From: Octopus sinensis
Lineage: Eukaryota
Assembly (NCBI RefSeq): GCF_006345805.1
Contig: NC_043017.1
Coordinates: 9,920,001-9,984,000, forward strand
Direction of reading: 5' to 3'
Length of the DNA: 64,000 nt
Shown one piece after another: positions 13,346 through 28,129 of this stretch; position 1 is the first letter of the stretch, and every line of letters starts with the position of its first letter. Both the position numbers and the translations under genes were made by a program. The notes beneath the pieces were generated by a model. It was not told where the DNA came from, made no database searches, and worked only from the letters and a program-made list of their open reading frames with translations.

Positions 13346-14277
13346 GTGATGATGATGGTGATGATGATGGTGATGATGATGATGATGATATGATGATTTT
13401 GGACATTTTCTGTTTTTCTAGAAAGCGATGAGGCAAAATCTTGCATTGACTGCGAGTTGGGAATAAAGATTGGTGATGCCGAGAGACACAAGCTGGACAT
13501 ATTCGGCCAGAAGACTGCTGCCAAGGGTATAACAACCTTTTCGCATTTTATTCTAGAATGGTAAATGGAAATGTGAGATTCTGTCTGAGGACACAATTTC
13601 TCACTCTCTCTCTCTCTCTCATGCACAAACACACACATGCACACATTCACACAAACGCACACATATACATGCACACATGCACATACAAATATGCACATAC
13701 ACATTGTTACACACATGCCCCCCCCCCCCCCACATATAACCCACACACACACATCAAAAACTTGTCTTAGTCTATCTTTTTCATGATAAAGATCCTAAAA
13801 AAACATAATTTAGTTGATCCTTTTTTTGCAGATGCCCCTATATTGGTCTATATCCATGGCGGTTACTGGCAACTTTTAGGGTCAGTAATATTTTATTTAT
13901 GTTTATCTTTTTGTAAAGCAGCTCCCTCCCCAACCACATGGTTTCATACCGTGGTGTGGTCCCTTGGACAGGTGTCCCACACTGTGCCCTGGGCTGAGAA
14001 AAGCCTTGCAAGTGGATTTCTTAGATGGAAACTGAAAGAAGCCCATCTTATACATATATATATATATAGTCAATAATAAAAGGGTAAAATTAATTAATTA
14101 TTAATTAATAATTTTACCAAGTAGTGTTCAGTATGTAAAAAGACCATTTACGGTATATTTAAAATATTACGTTATATAATTAGGGTTCAGTAAAAAAATT
14201 TACTTTACCACACACCGAACTTTAGGAAATAGCAGCCAAAAATTTTTAGCTATTTCCTCTACTATAATTATATAACG

Positions 14278-14309
<32 letters not shown>

Positions 14310-17300
14310 GTGAAATAGAAAGATGAATAATCTTGTAGTAGATTAATCAAAAGTTTAACCGATACCTTAGTAGCAAAAATCACAGCAGTAAACAGCACGG
14401 TTGGAGGTACAACCATCTGGCGTTGCAACCGTGCGTTGGTGCGGATAATTGAAATTAAAACATTATTGGTGAATTGAAGAAATGGAGCTGAACGCAGATT
14501 GAACAGAAATCGTTTTATTTCATTCTACACGTGTTTCGAAAGGCACAAATTACCAAAATCCGATTGAATAATGGGACCATATTGTGTCTTTCTCTTCAGA
14601 AGAAAAAAGGAAATCCGTTGGAAAAACAAAAACAGAACAGAGGCGGAGCAAAAACAAATCGAACTGTGCTCCTAAGAGCCCATGGCGAAACTGTTTATCA
14701 GTGTATGTTGAGAACCGGTGGCTGAAGAATTCAACAGGTCAGGCATCGGTCAATCATGTGGGTGAGGGTGTATAGATGTTCTTTGTGACCGAGAATAAAG
14801 TTCTGACTATTTAAAGAATATTGGATGTTTTATAAGGGGCGAGAAAAAATCTACTTAGAGACGTGTGTGTGTGTATACTGTTCTATATATATATATATAT
14901 ATATATATACATACATATATATATATATTTGAGTAATTGAATGAATTATCTTATTAAGGATAATTTGAAAGATTACCGATACCTGGGTAGCAAATTCACA
15001 TCAGAAAGAACACGGTTGAAGCTACGTCCCTAGGGCATAGACTACGTATCTTCGTGCGGAAATTTGTATGTTTATTTTAAAATTATAAGTATATGAAAGA
15101 ATGGAGTTGAACGACTAGTTAACAAATATCCTTTATTCTCGATATATGTTTCGAAGGCTGCATATTGCTAATTCCGAAGGAATAAGGAGTACATTATGCA
15201 GATTTCTCATCAGGAAAATCAAGGAACTTATATCGACATCAAAATGCACAAAAAACTTTTAGCTGACCGCTCTCAAGGAGCCCATGGCGATAATGAGTCT
15301 CTTTATAATGAGTGACATCAGAGTGGCTGAATGTAGAAGAATCTAGAAGTTTCTAAAGGTTCAAGAGTTCAAACGAAGTAGGAGGAGGGAGGCATAAGAA
15401 TAGTAAGGTGAGAGAGTGCAGGTCAAAAGAATGGTGGGTTTAAATGATTTCTTTTGTGATTGAGTGCCTGTGTGTGTGACTGTATATAACTGTCTTAATG
15501 TGTGTATGTGTGTGTTTGAATGCGTGATTGTGTTTGTGGATGTGTAGATGTCAGAAAACTGACAGCTGTGAGTTGAAAGGTCTCTATCTGTGTGTTCGAT
15601 TATGTTTACTGTAGGGAAAGGAAAGTAGATAGCGAAAGGGAGAAAGAATCGGGCGAGGTGAGAGGCAACGCAATAATGGATAGTAGTAATTGGGAATATA
15701 AGAAAATCTTTTTTGACTATTGGGGTGAAATATAGCAAAAATTTTTTTTTTTTTTGGTGGGGAAATCGAGGGGTTATCTATATTAGTCACTATTTATATG
15801 AATGAAAGGTGTGTCTTTTCCAGTGTAAGCACCTGTAGGATCTTTCGACGATTGTGTTTATTAAAGGGCCTTTGGCGAACAAAATATGAAAAAGTTCGGA
15901 ATTACAGATGCCACAAAATTTTCTGCCTTTATCAAACGGGAAGGACACCGACAAAATGGACCATTCGAGCTTGAATGTAGTGTTATTGTTCTTCAGACGC
16001 CAGACTAATTTGCTTAGCCCCATGCTGTGTTGCTTTCTCTTATCTCTGAAAGTGGAATAATGGTTGGAGATCCTTTGGGATAATTTAGAAGAGGTTGCAC
16101 CAATATAGAAGTAGACATCGGTTCCAGAAGAGATTTTGCATTGGTAAATGGTGTTTCTAATTTTGGAATTTTTGGATAAGAACTTTAATCTGTTGGGGTT
16201 GGTTTCCGATACTAAGACAGAGTTTTTATTGTTGTGATAGGTGTAAAAATTGTTGCTGGCTTTGGCCACGATACTATTCATCTTATTATCATTACTATTA
16301 TCATTAAATTTTTGCTATATTTCACCCCAATAGTCAAAAAAGATTTTCTTATATTCCCAATTACTACTATCCATTCTTGCGTTGCCTCTCACCTTGCCCG
16401 ATTCTTTCTCCCTTTTGCTATCTACTTTCCTTTCTCTTCAGTAAACATAATCGAACACACAGATAGAGACCTTTCAACTCACAGCTGTCAGTTTTCTGAC
16501 ATCTACACATCCACAAACACAATCACGCATTCAAACACACACATACACACATTAAGACAGTTATATACAGTCACACACACAGGCACTCATTCACAAAAGA
16601 AATCATTTAAACCCACCATTCTTTTGACCTGCACTCTCTCACCTTACTATTCTTATGCCTCCCTCCTCCTACTTCGTTTGAACTCTTGAACCTTTAGAAA
16701 CTTCTAGATTCTTCTACATTCAGCCACTCTGACGTCACTCATTATAAAGAGACACTCATTATCGCCATGGGCTCCTTGAGAGTGGTCAGTTAAAAGTTTT
16801 TTGTGCATTTTGATGTCGATATAAGTTCCTTGATTTTCCTGATGAGAAATCTGCATAATGTACTCCTTATTCCTTCGGAATTAGCAATATGCAGCCTTCG
16901 AAACATATGTCGAGAATAAAGGATATTTGTTAACTAGTCGTTCATCTCGATTCTTTCATATACTTATAATTTTAAAATATATATATATATATATATATAC
17001 AAAAAAGGATGAAATATAATTAATTTGATAAAATTAATAAATTTCACCTAGTAGATTTTTCGGTATTGAAAAGACCATATTTGGTAAGAATTATATTAAT
17101 TATAATAAAGGGTTAATTGCGACAAGTTACTCAAAACCACATACCGAAAATATTAGAAATAGCAGCCAAATAGATCACTATTTCTCCTACTAATAAAAAA
17201 GTCTCCACAAACAAACAGAATTTGTAACCTGTATATGGTAAAGAGAAAGAAAATAACGAAATCCCAGCCTATGGATTAATTATAGATGAATCGTTTCTGG

Positions 17301-17529
17301 ATTAGAATCGAAGGTTCATTTCCTTGTCATTTCCTTTATATATATATATATTTTTTTTCTCTCCTTGTTTCTTTCTGTGTTTCTTTTCTGTGTATCTTTC
17401 TGTTGAAGAGCGTAGGCTCGAAACGTAAAAGACTTGTTTTATTTATATTCCTGAGCGCCATACTAATACAATTGTTTGTTTGTATTCCACCTGCCTTCGT
17501 CTTTTGTTTATTTTCATAAAGCTTCCCGT

Positions 17530-17618
<89 letters not shown>

Positions 17619-20545
17619 TGTGTGTGTGAAGACAGATAGATAGATTAACTCATACAGAGAGAGAGGGCGAGAGAGATAAACCAATTGAATTTTAATCAAA
17701 TAAATAGGGTAATTAATTAGAGTTATCTAATTATTCCAGACGTGAATTATCATCATATATGGTTAAGCCTATCGTGAAAATGGGTGGAATCGTATGCCCA
17801 ATTGGTTACAGCATTGCACCTTATGGTAAGTAATCAGACTTTTAATTTCTTTTTTTTTCTTTTGGTGAGGGCAGGGGTAGGATGGGACGGGGGTGGGGGA
17901 AGGTCAGGAATTTTTTTCTTTTTACGTAAAAGCATTGTTTCATAAAGGGTTCCATGGGCCAACCACTGGTTCACTGCATTTAGAATGATGTGAGTGGGGG
18001 GAGGGAGCAGGAATGTATGTTTATGTGTGTGTGTGTGTATGTTGTGTGTGCATGTGTGTGTATTTGTTGCATGTTTTGAGTGTTTATGTGTGTGTGTGTA
18101 AAACAGTGGTCTTCAACCAGGGTTCCGCGGAACCTTAAGGTTCCGCCAGTACAGTCCAGGGGTTCCGCAAGAAGTTACCAAAACTGCTAAAATCGGCAGT
18201 AATTTTTAATTCTCCTGTGCAGATATGTGTGCATAAGACTATTAAATTGCTGCACAGGGGTTCCTCGAGCCAGTGGAATGCTTCCTTGGGGTTCCGCTCC
18301 AGCAAAAAGGTTGAAAAGCACTGGTGTAAAGCATGTGGAACAGATACTACACTCACGAAATTGCTGTTGTGTCTAACGAATAATTTAATATATGAAATGT
18401 TTATTAAGGAACCATGGAGCAAATTGTTGATGAGGTGAAGAAGAGCGTCGCCTATGTCTTAAAATTGGCCAAGGATCGTGGATCAAGGTGAGTTCACTCT
18501 GGTGTATCCAGCAATTTACTTTTTATATTGTTGGACATATTTCACACATACATACATATCAATCTATCTATCTGACTATGTATGTATGTATGTATGTATG
18601 TATCTATCTATCTATCTTTATATATATATACAACCACACACACACACACGTACTGACATATGTACTGACACACATACTGACACACGCATTGACACATGCA
18701 CACAAACACACACACACATTCTTCTCTGCTCATGGATCACAAGAATCATTACATCATTGGACAAAATGAATATCTTTTAGTGTTTTATTTTGAGTGCCAT
18801 AACATTTACTTTTAGCTTTTGTTGCTGTCTTTCTTTACTGGAATCATGCGTCTGCTTTCTGATCTCTCTTTTAACCTTTTCCAATAAGTTATAATAAACC
18901 TGAGTGCTGGATACTATAAACTCATTATTTTTTAAAACAATTCTGTAATAATGTTTTACTAACATTTAACTCCTGGTTCCATGTTCAAAATTTTGGAAGC
19001 AAGGAATAAACTATTTATTACATGATAATAATAATGAAATTATTGTATACAGTGCTCAGGTACCCACAACTTGTCAAAAGTGCATATAAAGTATATGCAG
19101 TAATGTACAAATGTCTGGAAAGCGAACAATGCATGAGTCAGATACATGCTTGTGTGTGTATGGAGGGGAAGAAATCAGGTGTAGTGTTGGCGAATCTCAG
19201 AAAGCATGGAAGTTTTGAAGGATGCAGTGCTCCGACAACTAACAACTGATGCCGGCAGTTTGTTCCATGCTTCAACAACTCTCAGCGTGAAAAAATGTTT
19301 CCGAAAGTCATGGGAGCTGTGCTGTTTTCTGACTTTGTAAATATGTCCACGGGTGTTAGACGGGTGGAGTTTGAAAAGGTGCTCAGAGTTATTGTTTGTA
19401 AGATGGTTGATAATTTTATGGGTGTCTGCCAAGTCAGCTGTCATACCTGCCTCTTTACAACAAACTTGTGAAAGTAGATGACATAGTCAGAGATTCACTA
19501 TGGCAATTTAGCCTTTTATATTTACATAGTTGATAAAGATAACAAGGCACATATTAGCCTTGCTTCACAACATTTTAATCCAGTACATTCAAAAGCAGTC
19601 ATCTTTCTGAAAGATCTTCCATCTTCCATCCAGGATATGTATCACTTATCCAATCTGACCAAGAGCTAGTGTCCACCATCGGCTATTGTCAGACCAGGTA
19701 GGTGGTGCATACGGCCTTTCATTTCTACATGTTTTATATGACCCTGAAAAAAAGAAGATTGATTACATCCCAGTGAAATTTGGATGCTGAACACTATAAA
19801 GTATTCAGTTTTGATGGCCAGTTTATCTGCCCCTTCGTAGCAAACTTTTAAAAGAAGGCAATGTAGTTCTAGATTTGCTTTGTTAGGTTTGCGTTTTTGC
19901 CTTCCATGTTTGGGGATAAATAATGTTCTGCCACAGAATGCTGACACAAACTGGTTTTGGTTTACGGCTTTTTAACCCTTTCATTACTGTATTTATTTTG
20001 AGATGTTCTGTGTTTCTTTCAATTACTTTAAATATAACGAAGTATTTCGTAAAATAACTTAGTTATCATTCAACTAGTTTTAGGAACATAAATTGTGACT
20101 AAGGTTTGGTGGAAGATTTTAAATGAAAACTTATGAAAACAAGACATTTGTACTTAGAGCCAGAACCGGTTTCAGCCGGGTTGATAACGAAAGGGTTAAT
20201 CCATCACAATAAAAAAAGCAGCCTTGTTTCCAAGAGCTTCCTCGCCTTCCATCTAGACTGTGTACCACTCAACTGATTCAGGCAGGTCGTGAGTATAGAC
20301 TTCCAGTTATTTAAATCTTTCATGTATTAACAGAATTGTTAACATCCGTAATTTCAGAGGTGTGTATGTGAGTGGACATTCTGCAGGGGGTCACTTGACA
20401 GCCATGATGCTCACTGTCGACTGGCAAGCAGAAAGTGTGGATTCTTCTTTACTCAAAGGTAAGAGAAGGGATTTCTATTTTGTCTCCTTACTTTTATGAC
20501 AGTTCATGAAAGGGTTCATTGTTGTCATCATCAGCACCATCGTTG

Positions 20546-20593
<48 letters not shown>

Positions 20594-20609
20594 ACATCAT
20601 CATCATCAA

Positions 20610-20647
<38 letters not shown>

Positions 20648-20648
20648 A

Positions 20649-20680
<32 letters not shown>

Positions 20681-20700
20681 CCACCACCACCACCACCACC

Positions 20701-20756
<56 letters not shown>

Positions 20757-23700
20757 TGTTGTCACCAGTCTAATGTCCACCTCGACAAAGTTGCAAGGGT
20801 AAGATGGAATACTTTGAGGTAGATTTTTTTTCTGCCAGATGCCCTTTCTTTTGCCAACTCTTACCTGTTTTCAAGTTTGCTAATATTTTCCCATGCAAGA
20901 TTGGAAATGGGCCAAGCTTGTTTGTTACCATTATGCAATGCCAAGACAATGTCAGGACAAGAGAGCACGCACACACACATGCACATGCATAAACACACAC
21001 ACATACTCACAAACACACACAAACTCACGCATACAGACACATTTACACACACACACATTCACATGCATAAACACACACACATACTCACAAACACACACAA
21101 ACTCACGCATACAGACACATTTACACACACACACATTCACATGCATAAACACACACACAAACTCACAAACACACACAAACTCACGCATACAGACACATTT
21201 ACACACAACACCATTCACATGCATAAACAACACACACAAACTCACAAACACACAAACTCTCACGCATACAGACACATTTACACACACACACATTCACATG
21301 CATAAACACACACACAAACTCACAAACACACACAAACTCACGCATACAGACACATTTACACACACACACATTCACATGCATAAACACACACACAAACTCA
21401 CAAACACACACAAACTCACGCATACAGACACATTTACACACACACACATTCACATGCATAAACACACACACAAACTCACAAACACACACAAACTCACGCA
21501 TACAGACACATTTACACAACACACATTCACATGCATAAACACACACACAAACTCACAAACACACACAACAAACTCACGCATACAGACACATTTACACACA
21601 CACCACATTCACATGCATAAACACACACACAAACTCACGCATACAGACACATTTACACACACACACATTCACATGCATAAACACACACACAAACTCACAA
21701 ACACACACAAACTCACGCATACAGACACATTTACACACACACACATTCACATGCATAAAACACACCACAAACTCACGCATACAGACACATTTACACACAC
21801 ACACACATTCACATGCATAAACACACACACATACTCACAAACACACACAAACTCACGCATACAGACACATTTACACACACACACATTCACATGCATAAAC
21901 ACACACACATACTCACAAACACACACACAAACTCACGCATACAGACACATTTACACACACACACATTCACATGCATAAACACACACACACTACTCACAAA
22001 CACACACAAACTCACGCATACAGACACATTTACACACACACACATTCACATGCATAAACACACACACATACTCACAAACACACACAAACTCACGCATACA
22101 GACACATTTACACACACACACATTCACATGCATAAACACACACACATACTCACAAACACACACAAACTCACGCATACAGACACATTTACACACACACACA
22201 TGCACATGCATAAACACACACACATACTCACAACAACACACAAACTCACGCATACAGACACATTTACACACACACACATTCACATGCATAAACACACACA
22301 CATACTCACAAACACACACAAACTCACGCATACAGACACATTTACACACACACACATGCACATGCATAAACACACACACATACTCACAAACACACACAAA
22401 CTCACACATACAGACACATTTACACACACACACATTCACATGCATAAACACACACATACTCACAAACACACACAAACTCACACATACAGACACATTTACA
22501 CACACACACATTCACATGCATAAACACACACACATACTCACACATACACACACATTTACACACACACACATGCACATGCATAAACACACACACATACTCA
22601 CGCATACACACACATTTACACACACACACATGCACATGCATAAACACACACACATACTCACAAACACACACAAACTCACACATACAGACACATTTACACA
22701 CACACACATTCACATGCATAAACACACACACATACTCACAAACACACACAAACTCACACATACAGACACATTTACACACACACACATTCACATGCATAAA
22801 CACACACACATACTCACAAACACACACAAACTCACACATACAGACACATTTACAACACACACACACATGCACATGCATAAACACACACACATACTCAAAC
22901 ACACACAAACTCACACATACAGACACATTTACACACACACACACACACATTCACATGCATACACACACACACATACTCACAAACACACACAAACTCACAC
23001 ATACAGACACATTACACACACACACACATTCACATGCATAACACACACACAATACTCACAAACACACACAAACTCACACATACAGACACATTTACACACA
23101 ACACATTCACATGCATAAACACACACACACATACTCACAAACACACACAAACTCACGCATACACACACATTTACACACACACACATTCACATGCATAAAC
23201 ACACACACACACATACTCACAAACACACACAAACTCACGCATACAACACATTTACACACACCACACATTCACATGCATAAACACACACACAAACTCACAA
23301 CACACACACAAACTCACGCATACAGACACATTTACACACACACACATTCACATGCATAAACACACCACATACTCACAAACACACACAAACTCACGCATAC
23401 AGACACATTACAACACACACACACATCACATGCATAAACACACACATACTCACAAACACACACAAACTCACGCATACAGACACATTTACACACACACACA
23501 TTCACATGCATAAACACACACACATACTCACAAACACACACAAACTCACGCATACAGACACATTTACACACACACACATTCACATGCATAAACACACACA
23601 CATACTCACGCATACACACACATTTACACACACACACATTCACATGCATAAATATCTGTGGTTATACTTAACCAATATCCAGCATCTTCTGCAACTCCAT

Positions 23701-26653
23701 GGATGCTGTGAACATACTGGCAGGTCTTTCCTTTGTGTTGTATCCATGAGTGAATAGATGGTAAGAGTCCTTGGGACCAGGCACTTGCTACTGGAAACAG
23801 CCCAGGCACAAGAGAGTTGGTTAAACTGCTGTCTCTGCAATACCATTGACCAACAATGAAAAAGGCCAACAAAGCAATTATAAGATTGCGAGAAAAATGA
23901 AATCAGATTTAAAAGAAAAGATTTGAAGGATAAGCTCAACTTTATATCAAAACAACCACAATCTTCTGTCAAGAATAGAAGACACGATATAATATGTTTT
24001 AGCCCTCCATCACCCAACCATGATTATTTAATAGAAATAATGTTAAGGTTATATACAGTTGCACAAGAAATATTTGGACTCTTTTAACTTGTAAATCTCA
24101 AATAATGAAGGAAAATATTGAATTAGGTGAATAAATTGAAATGGTTAAATAGGATTCCTGGAACCATGACGACGATGATGATGGTGATGGTGATGTTGTT
24201 GAGGATGATAACACCAACAATGATGGTGATGATGATGACAAAGCGGATGATGATGATAGTAGTGATTATGATGATGATGACTATGATGATGACTATGATG
24301 ATGATGACTATACTCAATATTTCAGGTGTCTTCCCAGTGAGTGGTGTCTATGACCTTCGACCTCTTGTGCATACAAGCGTCAACGAACCTCTTAAAATGA
24401 CTGAGTAAGTACGAAAGCTGTGATTTAAAGTTTTGTATTTATTACTGGGGTGGGAGGGGCGAGGCAGGGGGGATGGGTGGCAGTGTGACACTACATTATG
24501 TCTACTGGCACACTGGTGTAAGGTGAATGTGCATCACCCTGGGTCTATTGTCACACTGTAGTAGGAAAGGTTTGTGGCACACTGTAGGGGACGTGCCACA
24601 CTCCAGTAAGACAGGGGTTGTGACACACTACAATGGCTGAGGCACATTACACAGAGTCCAAGGTAAAAGTGTGTGGGAAGGAGCTGTGCTGTATTGAGAC
24701 ACAGCCACACTGGGCAGTTGCCTGACGTCTCAGGGTTTTAGTAGGGGCCAATTAGGGCTTATATATGTTGTAGCTTGCTGACAATAAATAAATACTATAG
24801 AACCCAGGGAAGAGGCCTCATGGATCTAGGGACCTAATTCTGGTTTATGTATGCTGTAGTTTGCTGCCAAGTAATAAATACTAAAGGGCCCAGTGGTTTG
24901 CCCAGGAGACTCACAGGTATAGGGGCCCAATTCTGATCCATGTATGCCATGGTTTGCTGTCAATAAGTGCTAAAGGGCTCACTGTACATGTTCTGAGTTC
25001 AAATTCTGCCGAAGTTGACTTTGCCTTTCATCCTTTCAGGGTCGATAAATTAAGTACCAGTTGCAATCTAATCGACTGCCCCCACCTCCTCCAAAATTTT
25101 GGGTCCTGCACCTAGAGCAGAAAGGAATACTAAAGGGCTCAGTGTACTGATTTTCCCAGGGGCCTATAATGCTGTTAAGATGACCTTGGGTATGGGTTAT
25201 GGGCACTGTCCCTCCCTCTCTGACCATCTGGTAAAAACAGAAACACTATCATAGATGATGTGAATATGGGGATAGCTCAGTACGACTGAGATGGTGAGGT
25301 GTGACATATTGAAGCGGGGTCACTTTCCTAGGGAGTCGAGAAGGTGTTGTTGTGGTTGTTGTGGCACTCACACATACCGGGGTTGTGAGACATATTTTTT
25401 AGAATTTAATCAAGGTGAAGATGGAAAAAAAGTGCTTCTGCAACATTGGGTTGTGAATATGGACAGTACTATGAGGTGTGTGTATAACACTGAGGCTTGT
25501 GTACATAACACTACACATCATTGATAAGCCGCAAGAGTACTGAAATGCATCACTGCTCAGATGCTTTCTCATCTCCTTCCAAGATAATCATAGACACAAT
25601 ATGTTTATGAAATGATTTTCTGTCAGACAAAAACTACAGTATCATATCTTTCAATGGTGTGTAAGCATTAAATATGATACATAAATGGTATTACAAGGAA
25701 GGCGGTGAGCTTGCAGAAACACTAGTGTGCCAGGTGAAATGTTTAGCGGTATTTCGTCTGCCGTTACGTTCTGAGTTCAAAATTCCGCCGAGGTCGATTT
25801 AGCCTTTCATCCTTTCGGGGTCGATAAATCAAGTACCAGTTACGCACTGGGGTCGATGTAATCGACTTAATACCTATGTCTGTCCTTGTTTGTCCCCTCT
25901 ATGTTTAGCCCCTTGTGGGTAATAAAGAAATAGGTATTACAATTTAGTTCTGTTTCAGTTGCTTACATAAAGTTTTTAGTAGATTTTTCAGGCCCAAACT
26001 CGAAAAGGGTTCATTTGATTTGATCTAGTTTCAGCTCATGAGCTGTGGCCAAGCTACGGCACCCCTACAAGCTTCCTCTACGAACCCCACTCAGTGTCTA
26101 CTCAATCAACATTTTTAATTATAATTATGTTTTTTTACGTGTATTATTTTATTTTATTTTATTCCTTTATTTTTACAGAGAGTCTGCCCAGAAAATCAGT
26201 CCTGCGTTTTTGACAAACAATATAATCAAGTTCAACAGAAACCGTGTCATTAAAATGTTTATTGCAGAACATGATTCTGAAGAATTCCATCGTCAAGGTG
26301 AAGAATTCTACAATGTAAGGACTATTTTCAGCATATTTCATCCTTCATCATATGTATGCATATATGTATGTATGTGTGTATGTATGTATGTATATATTTA
26401 TGTATGTATGTATGTATGTGTGTATGTATGTATGTACGTATGTATGTATGCATGTGTGTATGTATGTATGTATGTATGTATGTGTGTATGTATGTATGTA
26501 TTTATGTATGTATGTATGCATGTGTGTATATATGTACATACGTATGTATATATGTATGCATGTGTTTCATCCTTCTTCATATGTATGTATATATGTATGT
26601 ATGTATGCAGGTGTGTATGTACATACATATGTATGTATATGTGTGTATGTATG

Positions 26654-26685
<32 letters not shown>

Positions 26686-28098
26686 TGTATGTATGTTTGT
26701 ATGTATGTATGTATGTATTTATGTATGTATGTACGTATGTATGTATTCATTTTACAAATGGATACGACTCTTTTTCTAACAATATTTGCTACATACTCCA
26801 TGTGTGTTTCCAAATAGTGAGACATACGTGGTTTTGGGACAGTTTTAACTCTCCTGTTTCAAGCAAACAGGTACATATTGTACACTTCAGGCAATTCCAA
26901 CTGAAATCCTAGGACTTGCAAGCTGACGACGTAGATTCGGAATAGCGGTCTAAGGGAGACAATCCCTTGCACTTGACCGTTCTACTTTGCGTGAGTGTTC
27001 AAAAACTAGCCACGCGACTTTTTCTCCCTACCACTGGCAATTAGGGTCCGGGGCGTCGTGTGTGAAGCTAAGCACTTTATGGACGTGAAACCCTGGGTAA
27101 CCCTATAAACCAGCCATAACTAACATTCCCTAAATAAATATATAGGCGATCTTGACCGCCAATATTTATATTTTAAGCAAAAATGCTACTTCTAAAATCT
27201 CTCTAAGAGATCAATGCAGTAGTATTTGAACTTTCAAGTAATATTCGTAGCGACTTCAACATGGCTGTCTGTTCGAATGGACTCTACTGCGATTATTTAA
27301 CCCCAAGAGGACATCTCCTCTTGCTGGTTAATGATGCAGAGCTACATACATACATATACACATATATATCTATATATATAAAACTCTAGTTGTGTGAGTG
27401 TCTGTCCCCTTCGATTTAGATTCCTAACTCCTCCCACATTTTGCGGTGCAGTTTCACCAAATTCGGGTATCTTATAGTCGTGATTCATATCGAGCCCGTC
27501 TGAGTATTAGCGCGCGTCTACGATGAGTCTACGATTTTAAAAATAATTTAACATCATTTTTTTCCATTTCTTCCAATTTTTTCGTGTGTCGATGGCGACG
27601 GAGTTGGCGTCCATGCTCACACCTGCACCTGTGTTGCTTCTCCCCCTTCTTCCCTCCCTCGTGAAGCTGTGGGGAAGGGAGTGTAAAGAAATCAACGTCG
27701 TAAAGCGTTGTCAAGGAGACCCGCCTTCTTTTAGAACGACGACTTCATGGCTTGAAGACACCAATACAGAAATGGCTAAGAAAGCCCGAAAGCAAATTCT
27801 ACAAAATCGGGAAACACGCCACACAGGGAAGGTTTCCCGTGCAAAGAATTTGCACAACCGAATGTTTTAGTTGTTACACAACTTTTACTTAAAAAATATT
27901 ATCCAAACACGAACTTTTGAAGGCAATATTGTATGGCGATGGTACTTGTGAAATATGGTTATTTAGTAGCTAAAATGAGAGAGCAGAGGCATAGTATGGT
28001 GGTGGTGGAGGCGGTGGTAGTGACAGCGGTGGTGGCGGTGGTGCTGGTAGTGGTGATGGTGGTCGTGGTCGTCGTGTTTGTGGTGGTGGTGGTGGTGG

Positions 28099-28129
<31 letters not shown>

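Larger units (their letters stand above)
14931..16979 (-). mobile_element. Penelope-like retroelement fragment with inverted pLTR-like arms and a GIY-YIG endonuclease ORF; no RT
   Basis: ~670-bp inverted arms at 15073-15744 and 16306-16979, GIY-YIG ORF between them, a hammerhead in each arm, (TA)n on both sides. Confidence 0.85.

Noticed and set aside
20877-23757. Long His/Thr- or Cys/Val-rich ORFs, and a superficially CRISPR-like periodicity
   Set aside because: This is a tandem minisatellite without unique spacers, in eukaryotic intronic DNA.
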